This document shows positions 42,635-53,000 of a stretch of DNA of 64,000 bases, piece after piece (the first letter of the stretch is position 1; the number at the start of each line of letters is the position of its first letter). The stretch comes from an uncultured Planctomycetota bacterium (lineage in GTDB: Bacteria > Planctomycetota > Planctomycetia > Pirellulales > Lacipirellulaceae). Under the pieces are notes generated by a model. The model was not told where the DNA came from and did no database searches. It saw only the letters and a list, made by a program, of their open reading frames with translations. Where the stretch lies: assembly GCA_963719315.1 (NCBI GenBank), contig CAVRBU010000001.1, positions 64,001-128,000 of the forward strand, given 5' to 3'. A program made the translations under genes and the position numbers.

Positions 42635-43207
42635 ATGCGCGATGTCACCCAAATCCTGTCGGCCATTGAGCAGGGCAATCTGCATGCCGCCGACGACCTG
42701 CTGCCGCTGGTCTACAACGAGCTCCGCAAACTAGCCGCCCAACGCCTCGGCCACGAAAAGCCCGGCCAGACCCTGCCCGCGACAGCCTTGGTCCATGAAG
42801 CCTACCTGCGGCTAGTCGACCCCAACGTTGCAACTCACTGGAACAGCCGTGGACACTTCTTTGCCGCCGCCGCTGAGGCCATGCGCCGAATCCTCGTCGA
42901 AAACGCTCGCCGCAAGGCCAGCCTCAAACACGGCGGCGGCCGCGACCGCGTTGATCTCGACTCCGCTTGCGCGGCGATCGACCCCCCATCGCTCGATTTG
43001 CTGGCCCTGGACGAAGCGCTCACCGAGCTCGCGACCAGCGAACCCGCCAAGGCCGAACTCGTAAAGCTCCGCTACTTTGCCGGTCTGACGATGCCCGAAG
43101 CCGCCGCTGCCCTGGGTATTTCCCTGGCCACCGCCGAGCGCCATTGGACGTTCGCCCGATCCTGGCTGTACGCGGAATTGAACGACGAAAGCCGGCCTCC
43201 CCCGTAG
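42635..43207 (+). CDS. planctomycete-type ECF sigma factor
   Basis: LLPLVYNELRKLA, TALVHEAYLRL, HFFAAAAEAMRRILV, LRYFAGL, W.FARSWL. Confidence 0.95.
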   Translation: MRDVTQILSAIEQGNLHAADDLLPLVYNELRKLAAQRLGHEKPGQTLPATALVHEAYLRLVDPNVATHWNSRGHFFAAAAEAMRRILVENARRKASLKHGGGRDRVDLDSACAAIDPPSLDLLALDEALTELATSEPAKAELVKLRYFAGLTMPEAAAALGISLATAERHWTFARSWLYAELNDESRPPP

Positions 43208-43314
43208 CTAAAGTTGCAAAGCTTCAGAATGGAACTGTGAATTCTAGCGAATCCAGCTACGGTCCATGAGGGGGTTGCCAGCCGGTTTTCGCACTGTCTT
43301 ACGGAGAGCCACAC

Positions 43315-45498
43315 ATGAGCAACTCCTCGCAACTCGAATCCATCTTCTTCGCCGCGTTGGATAAACAATCGCCGGCCGAGCGTATGGCCTTCCTCGACCA
43401 AGCCTGTGCGGCCGATGTCGATCTGCGCCAGCGCGTCGAGCGGATGCTAGCCGCCCAAGCCGCCGCCGGCAGCTTTTTGGAACAACCGGCCATCGGCTCC
43501 GAAACGGACACCCGACACCCGATACCCGACACCTTGGCCGAAGGCCCGGGCACCGTCATCGGCCCGTACAAGCTGCTGCAACAAATCGGCGAAGGCGGCA
43601 TGGGCGTCGTCTTCATGGCCGAACAATCCGAGCCGCTGCAGCGGATGGTCGCTCTGAAGATCATCAAGCCCGGCATGGACACACGGCAGGTGATCGCCCG
43701 CTTCGAGGCCGAGCGGCAGGCGCTGGCGATGATGGACCACCCGAACATCGCCCGCGTGATCGACGCCGGAACGACGGGCGGAAAAGGGGACGGGAGTCTT
43801 TTGCAGGAACGGCCCGAAGGGAGCTTTGCTCAAAAGACTCCCGTCCCCTTTTTCGCTGGCCGTCCCTACTTCGTGATGGAGCTGGTAAAAGGCGTCCCTA
43901 TCACCGCCTACTGCGACCAGCAACACCTGCCGATCCGCCAGCGGCTGGAGCTGATGGTCGACGTTTGCCAGGCCGTCCAGCACGCCCACCAGAAAGGCAT
44001 CATCCACCGCGACTTGAAGCCCTCGAACGTGCTCGTGGCCGAGTACGACGGCCGGCCCGTTCCCAAAATCATCGACTTCGGCGTGGCCAAGGCCACGGAA
44101 AAACGACTGACCGAACGCACGATGTTCACCGAGTACGGCCAGCTCATCGGCACATTCGAATACATGAGCCCCGAGCAGGCGCGGTTCAACCAGCTCGATG
44201 TCGACACGCGCAGCGATATCTACTCGCTCGGCGTGCTGTTGTACGAACTGCTGGTCGGCAGCACTCCGTTAGAAAGGCAGCGCATTGAAACCGTCGCCTT
44301 CGAGGAAACTTTGCGGATTATCCGCGACGAAGACCCGCCCCGCCCAAGCACGCGCCTCAATTCGAGTGCGACGTTGCCAGCCATTGCGGAGCGCCGGCAA
44401 CTGGAACCATTGCGGCTCTCGCGGCTGTTACGTGGCGAGCTCGATTGGATGGTCATGAAGTGTTTGGAAAAGGACCGCAATCGCCGCTACGAGACGGTCG
44501 GCGCGCTGGCTGCCGACATCATGCATTATTTGAACGACGAGCCCGTAAGCGCCGCGGCTCCATCGCGACTCTATCGGACCAGCAAATTCATTCGGCGAAA
44601 CAAAGGGCTGGTCATTGCGTCGGCCGCCGTGCTGGCGGGATTGATAGCCGTTATCGTCGGCACGACGATTGGACTCGTCAGTCAATCGCGGCAGCGCGCA
44701 ATCGCCGAGCGGGAGCGAGCCGAGGCGCAACTCAACCTGGCGGACGCGCTGCAATCGCAATGGAAATACGCAGACGCTGAGGAACTCTATCGCAGAGCGC
44801 TCGAAAACGGCAGCCAGTCGACACCCGAAGACCGGCAGCAGGCGGCCCGCACGCTTCTGCGATTGGGCGGTGTGGTGCCAAGCGCCGGCGAACGGGAGCG
44901 CCTGTACCGACAGGCGCTCTCTGCCTATCGCGCCGCCTTTCCGCCCGGAGATCCAAATATCGCCCACGCGCTGACGATACTGGCGTTACTCCAGCGCGAG
45001 CAGCAGCGCTTCGCCGAGGATGAACCCATATTCCACGAAGCCTATGAAATTCTGCGGAAGGCGGAGCCGCCCGATCATTTTGCGATCGGTGCGAGCGCCG
45101 CGCATTATGGAAACGCGCTGTTCGTGCTCGACAGATATGCCGAGGCGGAGCCGCTACTTCGAGAATCGATCACCGAATACGAACGAGCGCCGTCGCACGA
45201 CCCGTATGCCATTGCCCTGGCCCGGCTGGAGCTCGGCCGAACGCTGGCTGCATTGAAACGCTTCCCCGAGGCGGAGTCGGAACTTCTCAAAACATGGGCC
45301 GTGCTCGGATCAACACGCGACTTCCATTACAGCGCACTCGCACTCGCCGGCATGTACACATCCTGGAATGACGCCGATCCGGGAAGGGGTTACGACGCGA
45401 AAGCCCAGGAATGTTTTCGTAATCTGATCAAGGATTTTGTCCGTCCGAAGAAGACGGCGACCAATCTAGACCAATCCGTTAAACCTACTCCGAAATAA
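43315..45498 (+). CDS. Hanks-type Ser/Thr kinase with TM helix and TPR-like C-terminus
   Basis: GEGGMG, VALK, HRDLKPSN, DFG, YMSPEQ; TM IASAAVLAGLIAVIVG. Confidence 0.97.
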   Translation: MSNSSQLESIFFAALDKQSPAERMAFLDQACAADVDLRQRVERMLAAQAAAGSFLEQPAIGSETDTRHPIPDTLAEGPGTVIGPYKLLQQIGEGGMGVVFMAEQSEPLQRMVALKIIKPGMDTRQVIARFEAERQALAMMDHPNIARVIDAGTTGGKGDGSLLQERPEGSFAQKTPVPFFAGRPYFVMELVKGVPITAYCDQQHLPIRQRLELMVDVCQAVQHAHQKGIIHRDLKPSNVLVAEYDGRPVPKIIDFGVAKATEKRLTERTMFTEYGQLIGTFEYMSPEQARFNQLDVDTRSDIYSLGVLLYELLVGSTPLERQRIETVAFEETLRIIRDEDPPRPSTRLNSSATLPAIAERRQLEPLRLSRLLRGELDWMVMKCLEKDRNRRYETVGALAADIMHYLNDEPVSAAAPSRLYRTSKFIRRNKGLVIASAAVLAGLIAVIVGTTIGLVSQSRQRAIAERERAEAQLNLADALQSQWKYADAEELYRRALENGSQSTPEDRQQAARTLLRLGGVVPSAGERERLYRQALSAYRAAFPPGDPNIAHALTILALLQREQQRFAEDEPIFHEAYEILRKAEPPDHFAIGASAAHYGNALFVLDRYAEAEPLLRESITEYERAPSHDPYAIALARLELGRTLAALKRFPEAESELLKTWAVLGSTRDFHYSALALAGMYTSWNDADPGRGYDAKAQECFRNLIKDFVRPKKTATNLDQSVKPTPK
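43782..43852. repeat. palindromic element (perfect 22-bp arms) inserted in frame in the kinase domain
   Basis: aaaaggggacgggagtcttttg ... caaaagactcccgtcccctttt. Confidence 0.9.
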
Positions 45499-45522
45499 TC
45501 GGGCCGACCGGAGGACCTACAC

Positions 45523-48500
45523 ATGAAACGCGAGCGATTGCTACTCCGACGGAGGCATACAGCAGCGAGGTCGTTCACTGCCCGCCACCAACCGTGCCAT
45601 TTTCGCCGCTTGGGATTTGAGTGGCTCGAAGACAGGCGGATGCTTTCGACCATTCAATGGACCAACCGTAGTACATTCTCCGGCACGGATGACAATCGTT
45701 TCGACGACGTCTTCGGAGCAATGCAAAACCAAGCCATCGCGGTCGTAGACGCGGCCATCGCATCTTGGCAGCGAGTGATCGACAATTTTAACTACAGCGA
45801 CAATACGAACACCTACAACATTACGGTGAGAATGTATCCGTCCGCTGCAGGCAGCGGCGCCGGGGCCGTCGGCGCCAAGGCCCCGCCAGACGAAATCTCT
45901 TTCTTGGATGGCAAGCCGAAAAGCGAGAATATTTACATTGGCTGGCGTTCCGGCATTACTGCCACGGCGACCAGCGCGGCCGGATGGTACCTCGATTTGA
46001 CGCCAATGGACAACAGCGAATTCACGACCGTCAGCAACGTCGCTGCAACTCAAACGAACGCGTTTTTCGGCGAGCCAGCGGCCGCGCTTGGCGGCGTCGA
46101 TTTATTCACCGCAATGCAACATGAGTTGGCGCATGCGATGGGTCTATCATCGAACGACACGATCAACGCGTTCGCGACGGACACTGCAGTAACCGACACA
46201 ATTAACATGCCGGCCAGCTTGCCAGCGTCGACTTACTACCGTTTTGACAGCGACCACGTACATAACCTTTGGACAAGCTGGGACTCCGGAGGAACGCCGG
46301 GCACCGGTACGAACACCAACGGCGCCGATCACTTTGCCAATGCCGGATCCCAGGTGACGCAAGCCGGACGTACCTATAACGGTGCAAATGCTCTTATGAA
46401 CGCCTCCTATACCTTCGACTGCCGCGGCATCATCGACGACAATCTCGCCTTGATGCTGCAAGACGCCTACCACTACGACATCACGCTGCCATCATTCTTC
46501 GGAACGTTCTACGATCATCTCGACACCGACGGTAAGCTCGTGATCAATACACCGGGCGATGGCGACGATTATGTAAAATTGGACGTGCTTGACGACAGCC
46601 TATTCGTCACGATGACAATCGGCGCACCGATTCCCGGCATCGATCCGACAACAGAGTATACGAGCAGCTTTCCACTCAGTTCGATCACGTCTATCAGCAT
46701 CAACACCAACGGCGGAGATGACGTCATCTCGCTCTTTCCGCTGAGTGCGTCGATTCCAGTCTCTGTCGTCGCAGGTATCGGCGATGATACGCTCGAAATC
46801 TACGGCACCATTGGCAACGACATTTTCATCGTCAACACGAGTGACCTGAGCAGCGCCGGCCTCAACGTCGTTAGCTATGCTAGCTCTGAGACGCTGTCTT
46901 TCTTTCAGCGAGGCGGTACTGACGACTTCACGATGTTTTCAAGAGCACACGAAACGGTGTGGGTCAATTTTTATGGCAGCGGCTTCAACGAGGCTCTTAA
47001 TATTCATCAACTGCAGGCCGGTCTGGCCGGCTCTGCAGTGTTCAATTTGGGCGGCACGCCGATCGTCAACCTTGGCGACGCCACGGTCGGCATGCAGTTG
47101 ATTCAGAGCGACGTGCAAATTACAAACGACAGCGGCCAGACGCTCGTCAACATCAACGACGCTCCTGATACGACTTCACGGACGGTCACCATTGATCAGA
47201 TCTTCACTAGCTTGGGCCTTGTCCGCGGCCTGGCACCCGCCGACATCACCTGGGACCAATCTGCCGTCGGAGAAGTCAATATCACGACGGGCACCGGAAA
47301 CGACACAATCGATCTACTGCGCACTGGAAATGCGATCCAGTTTCATAACGCCGGCGGCCGCGATACGCTCACGATCGGCAACAGCACCAACGGTGTGCAA
47401 TCGATCACCGGTGCAGTAACGGTCGGCCCAAATTCAGGATTGGTCTTCACCGACGTTGTCTTTAACGACACCGCAGACACGATCGGCCGCAGTGTCCTTT
47501 GGGCGCCGGTAGTACAGGGCGGCAGCACCATTGGCTACGAGATTAGTGGCCTGACGCCGGGCCTGTTTTACTACGACTACCAGAGCGTAGTGTATCTGAA
47601 CGTTCTGGGCGGCTCGGGCGACGACCTTTACGTTTTCTTCGGCTTCGATGACGACTGGGCACAAACCGTGATCGACGGCGGCCTGGGTTTCAACTCGCTT
47701 GTTGTAAACGACCGCTTCGCGGTTTGGTCGCCTGATGTCGCCGATCTGTATCCCGGCAGCATCCACCGTGGCATCGGGCTGGCGGTCGGCGTTCAGGATA
47801 TTTTCTTCTCTAACATCCAGTCTCCAAGCTATTACGCCAAGAACTCGACCACCTCGATCAACGTGTACGGCGTGTCCAGCAGTGTTCCCGCCGGACAGCA
47901 ATTGACCGTCTTCAGCGGCTCCGGCGACGACACGCTGACGATTTATCCCCACGACCAGTTTGGTAATTTGACCATCAGTGGGAATTTCGGCTACAGCGGC
48001 GGACTCGGTCACGACACGGCGCAGATTGACGACTCGCTAGCGGCGCCTGCGATCACATACGTGTTTGAGAATCTTTTTGGTCCCGACACGACAAACATTG
48101 CCGGCATGGGCTCCGCCGGCTTTGGCGCTGCCAGCGACGTGGAACAGCTTTCGGTATACGGCGGCTATGGCAGCGACACATTTCGCATCGAGAGTTACCA
48201 AAGCTCGACCACGGCGCTGAGTATCTTCGCCGGCCAGGGACTCGACACGTTCAACATTTCGCCGACTGTCAAGGACGTTGCCGCGAGCATCAACAGCGCG
48301 GCAACGTTTTATTTCGATGGCGGCGAAAATGCCGACTTGTTTCAGATTGATAACGGGAACTCAACCAGCGCTTGGAACTACAACCGCAACGGCGACAGCC
48401 TGACTCTGGATCGCCAGGGGGCGCCTTATTTGCTGGCCCTCAACCCAGTGAATTGCGACTTCGTTTTCGTATTCAGTGGCGCAGGAAGCGATATCATGCA

Positions 48501-49995
48501 ACTCGATGCCGATCCGAACTCGGCATTCGTATTCCAGGGTGGAGGAGGCTACGACGGAATGCTTATGGGCGTGGCGACTGGAACCGTGGACAACATTCGT
48601 ACGAACACGGTGTTCGACGCCGGCGATGACGGAGGTTATTTGAACATTTTCGACTTCGCCGATACTACCGGCGATGTCGTCCACGTTTTTGATACCCCAT
48701 CGGGTGATGGACTAATTGGCGGATCGGCGGGAGACAATCTCTTCGGCCCAGGCGGCTTCGTGCGCTTCCGAAATCTGTCCAACGACGTTGATGGCTACGG
48801 CCTGAAACTCTATCTCGGCTCTGGCATCGACACGGTGTACGCTCTGCCGCTGGCGACGGCCGGGGTTTTCGTCGATGCGGGTGGTCCCGGTTCAGGTTCC
48901 GGCGCGGCACAGTTAGCGGCAAGCCCAGCCTCTGGCGCTAGCGAGGGTGACGTACTCAATCTGGGCCTAGCAACAGCCAACAATTACGTGGTGCAAAATA
49001 CGGGAGGCGGATCGGGAAATGTCACTAGCACCAACAAGCAAATTGTCAGTTGGTCGAGCATCGAACAACCCGTGGCGGTGGACGATGTCGCGCCCTACAC
49101 GGTGTCGCAGCAATATATTGCGTCGCCGGTTTCCGAGATTGACCTCGTACTCAGTGAAGATGTGGGAGCGAGCATTGCCCTGGGCAGTTTGTACCTTGTG
49201 AATGACACGATTGGTCAGCAGGTGCCGGTTGTATATCGAGCGCTCGATTACGACGCCGGCACCAAGATGGCTCGATTCACGTTTCCCGGTTACCCAGGCG
49301 GGCGTCTGCCGCCAGGACATTACACGGCCGGCACGGACCCGGGTTTGGCGGATGCGTTCGGCAACTTGATTGGCACGCTCCAGACTTTTACATTCACCAT
49401 CGCCAGTCTTCCGGGCGACTACGACGGCAATGGCAGCGTCCAGCAGGCAGACTACGACGTGTGGAGATCCCATTTCGGCCAGGCGGCCATCCCGTTCACA
49501 TCCGCTGACGGCAACGGCAATGGAGTTGTCGATTCGGCCGACTATATCATCTGGCGAAAAAATCTCGGAGCGACATTGCCAGAAAGCGGCAGTGGTACGA
49601 CCGCGGTTAGCGCCGCTTCTGAATCAATTGCTCCCCCAAAGAATGGCCAAACTGAGGCGCCTGCAGAGAGCACTCCGGCAAGCAAATCGCTCGCCATCAC
49701 CGAGCTGTTTGATATCAATCGTTCGCGAGTTGAAACAAGTCATGCACGTCGTTTGCACGTATCAAGCGCGAAACTTGCCAATGCATCCCGATTGAACGGA
49801 CTTCTCGCGATATCCGTATCACCGAGCACAAATAGGCGGGGCCGCCTCGAGATCGATGGAGGTGGTGACATTCTCGAATGCCTCACGGAGGCCACGTCTC
49901 CGACTAATTTCGATGTGATCGATATGGCACTGGACCTGATGCATGAAAGCATGCGCGAGACCTCGCCCGCGGCAACTTCGTTGCGACTCGGCTAG
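45523..49995 (+). CDS. large exported protein: planctomycete export motif, HEXXH zinc-protease domain, Gly/Asp beta-roll repeats, dockerin-like domain
   Basis: LGFEWLEDRRMLS, HELAHAMG, GxGDD repeats, GDYDGNGSV..ADY.VWR / ADGNGNGVVDSADY. Confidence 0.85.
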   Translation: MKRERLLLRRRHTAARSFTARHQPCHFRRLGFEWLEDRRMLSTIQWTNRSTFSGTDDNRFDDVFGAMQNQAIAVVDAAIASWQRVIDNFNYSDNTNTYNITVRMYPSAAGSGAGAVGAKAPPDEISFLDGKPKSENIYIGWRSGITATATSAAGWYLDLTPMDNSEFTTVSNVAATQTNAFFGEPAAALGGVDLFTAMQHELAHAMGLSSNDTINAFATDTAVTDTINMPASLPASTYYRFDSDHVHNLWTSWDSGGTPGTGTNTNGADHFANAGSQVTQAGRTYNGANALMNASYTFDCRGIIDDNLALMLQDAYHYDITLPSFFGTFYDHLDTDGKLVINTPGDGDDYVKLDVLDDSLFVTMTIGAPIPGIDPTTEYTSSFPLSSITSISINTNGGDDVISLFPLSASIPVSVVAGIGDDTLEIYGTIGNDIFIVNTSDLSSAGLNVVSYASSETLSFFQRGGTDDFTMFSRAHETVWVNFYGSGFNEALNIHQLQAGLAGSAVFNLGGTPIVNLGDATVGMQLIQSDVQITNDSGQTLVNINDAPDTTSRTVTIDQIFTSLGLVRGLAPADITWDQSAVGEVNITTGTGNDTIDLLRTGNAIQFHNAGGRDTLTIGNSTNGVQSITGAVTVGPNSGLVFTDVVFNDTADTIGRSVLWAPVVQGGSTIGYEISGLTPGLFYYDYQSVVYLNVLGGSGDDLYVFFGFDDDWAQTVIDGGLGFNSLVVNDRFAVWSPDVADLYPGSIHRGIGLAVGVQDIFFSNIQSPSYYAKNSTTSINVYGVSSSVPAGQQLTVFSGSGDDTLTIYPHDQFGNLTISGNFGYSGGLGHDTAQIDDSLAAPAITYVFENLFGPDTTNIAGMGSAGFGAASDVEQLSVYGGYGSDTFRIESYQSSTTALSIFAGQGLDTFNISPTVKDVAASINSAATFYFDGGENADLFQIDNGNSTSAWNYNRNGDSLTLDRQGAPYLLALNPVNCDFVFVFSGAGSDIMQLDADPNSAFVFQGGGGYDGMLMGVATGTVDNIRTNTVFDAGDDGGYLNIFDFADTTGDVVHVFDTPSGDGLIGGSAGDNLFGPGGFVRFRNLSNDVDGYGLKLYLGSGIDTVYALPLATAGVFVDAGGPGSGSGAAQLAASPASGASEGDVLNLGLATANNYVVQNTGGGSGNVTSTNKQIVSWSSIEQPVAVDDVAPYTVSQQYIASPVSEIDLVLSEDVGASIALGSLYLVNDTIGQQVPVVYRALDYDAGTKMARFTFPGYPGGRLPPGHYTAGTDPGLADAFGNLIGTLQTFTFTIASLPGDYDGNGSVQQADYDVWRSHFGQAAIPFTSADGNGNGVVDSADYIIWRKNLGATLPESGSGTTAVSAASESIAPPKNGQTEAPAESTPASKSLAITELFDINRSRVETSHARRLHVSSAKLANASRLNGLLAISVSPSTNRRGRLEIDGGGDILECLTEATSPTNFDVIDMALDLMHESMRETSPAATSLRLG

Positions 49996-50022
49996 GGCGT
50001 TCCATGATTTGGAGGCGTTTCC

Positions 50023-53000
50023 ATGTTTCTCCACAAGAGCTTGTCCGTCGGCTGCCTGGCACTCTTGCTAGTAGCGTCACCATCAGTCCGGGCGATCGAT
50101 TTCGTCTTTTTTTACGACGATCCCGCTGACACAGGATTCTTAGATCCTGACTTAGGCCAACAGCGCCGCGACGCGATGGAGTATGCAGGCAACATCTGGG
50201 GAAGACTAATTCGACCTACTAGTGTCGGCGAAACGATCACGGTGCATGCTCAGTTCGCTACGTACGCGCCGGGCAACTCGGTCCTTGCCGCTGCCAAGCC
50301 GCATTTCTTTTATAGCGACTTCGGCAGTTCCAGCCCGGCATACGTGCCGAACGTGAATTATCCCAAGGCGTTGGCCGATCACTTGCACGGAGCCGACCTT
50401 AACTCCACTCGGTACGACATCGAGGTGAAAGTCAATGCTGAGCGAGATTTCTATTGGGGCACCGACGGCATGCCGCCAGAAAGTCAGTACGATTTCGTCA
50501 GCACCGCGCTTCACGAGTTGGCGCACGGTATGGGGTTTTTCGATTCACTGCACCAAAATGGTGATTACGGGATTTATGGCGACGGCACTCATGACGCAAT
50601 CTGCGGCGGCTGCCTCGCCACGCCGTACGATCGTTTTCTCACTCTCGGCCCTGGCAGCGCTGTGCCGCTACTCAGCCTTTCCGAAAACGGCCGCGCAAAT
50701 GCCTTGATCAGCGACAATGTTTTCTGGAACGGCACGTATGGAATCCAGGGCAACGGCTGGATGCCGCCCAAAATCTATTCACCCACTACCTACGAAACAG
50801 GTTCTAGCACCAGCCACCTCGACGATCCCACATTTCCAAACGATCTCATGATTTCGGCCATCTCTAGGGGGAAGGTACGTCTTCCCAGCGCAATGGATCG
50901 AGGCATCCTCCGCGACATGGGCTGGGATATCTCGGTTGTCTCTCAAGAAGTCTTTTGGACCGCCGACGGCGCCAACAATAGCGCCAGCACGGCAAATAAC
51001 TGGGGGCCGGCCATGCCCTTGCCTGGCGATAGTCTGGGCTTCGGCAGCGGCGGCTCCGAATTCACGGATGTCAACATGGACCTCACTCTTTATTCCGTTG
51101 GAGCACTTCTCTTTGATAACAGTGCGCCAGCCTACACGCTCCATTTTCGAGAGTTTACCGATACGGATTTCACCGATGCCGGTGTGGTCAACGATTCGGC
51201 GCAACTGCAAACATTCATCTTGGAGGAGGGTGATCACGGCGCGAAGATGGCGTTCAAGAACGGTGCTTCAGCGGCCAACGCGGCTTATGAGCTGCAGGGT
51301 GGCACGACAGGAATCGGTGGTGGGCCGCCGCCAATGAATCCTTATTACTACATCCGAACCAACGGCGCTCACGTTTCATTCGACGACACCGCCACGGCAG
51401 ATCATGCCACGTTCAACATTGAGGGCGGTGCCGGTAACGGCGGCAATCACGCGACCGTCGAGTTCAAAGGCAGCTCCACGGCCGGTGCCGCCGCATTCTC
51501 AAATGCGGGCGGCCGAAAGGGTCTAAGCTTGCCGATCGGCACCACCCAAGCCGGTTTCGGCGGGCAAACCGTCTTCAAGGAAAGCTCTGTGGCCGGCACG
51601 GCCCATTTCCAAAACGGCGGCGTGCAGGATGATGTCCTCGGCAGCGGTGGCTACACGACGTTTGCCGACAGCTCGAGCGCCGATCATGCCACCATCGAAA
51701 ACCTCGGCTCGCCCTACAGTCAGGGAGAAAGTGGTGTCACCGAGTTCACCGATACCTCGACGGCCGATTCCGCCAACATTACGAACTATCCGAGCGCCGT
51801 CTCGATCGCCTCGACGACCCCTGCCGGCCGCACATCGTTTTTTGACGCGGCCTCCGCCTCCAATGGCACCTTCACGAACAAGGGTGGCTCGGGCTCCGAT
51901 GCCAAGGGCGGCGTCACGTCGTTCTACGACCAATCCACCGCCGGCAACGGCATGTTTATTAATGAGGGCAGCGTGTACGGCAACATCCCCTATGCAGGCG
52001 GCACCTATTTTCACGACAATTCGACGGCCGGGACAGCTACTTTTCGGAATCAGACTAGGGGCGGCGTAACCGCGTTCTTCAATAGCTCTTCGGCCGACCA
52101 AGGTACTTTCATCATCGAGGCAGCCACGGCGGAATTCAGGACCGGCCGGGTTTTCTTCCACGACAATTCCAAAGCAGGCACCGCTCATTTCATTGCCGAG
52201 CCATTGGCCTATCAAGGCTATTTCCTTTTCTACGAGAACTCAAACGCCGAGAACGGGGATTTTACGCTTCCCGACAACTCCCAAGCCCGCATTCAGTTCG
52301 CCGATTCTTCCGGTGCCGACGCGGCGAACTTCGATATCGGGGCCACCGGCTGGTTGCAGGCATTCGGTTCGAACAACATGGGAAGCTCGACCATCCGATG
52401 CCGCCCAGGCAGCATTTGCCAATTCAGCGGCGTGAGCTTGTCCCCAACCCCGACCACCACGCTCGGAAACGCAATGATCACCGTTGACGGCGCCAGCGCG
52501 GCGGCCGCGGCCGCAGTGCTTACTGTTGGATTCAATGCCACCGCAGCGAACGCGACGATTACGACGAAAGGCGGCGCAGTTTCCGGTGCGCTCGGCGCAC
52601 ACACCACGTTCAGCGCCGGGCAGCTTGGCAACGCAACTCTGATCACCGAAAGTGGTGCGGTCGCGGGCGCTCAGGGAGGCTTTACGATCCTCATCCAGGG
52701 TGCAAACTCCGACAACGCTCGCGCTATCACCGAGGCCGGTGCCACATTCGACGTTTCCGGCAATAGGAACTACGGCGTGACGAACATCGGTTCAATCGAA
52801 GGGGCCGGCACGTATCATCTGAGCGGCGCCGAGTTGCAAACCGGCAGCCTCAATCTCAACACCATCGTATCCGGCCCGATCATCGACCTCTCGAACGTGA
52901 GCCTCGGCGGCAAACTTACCAAAGTTGGCACCGGCCAACTCACGCTCTCCGGCACGAATACCTACACCGGCTTGACGAAAGTCGACGGCGGCACGCTCGC

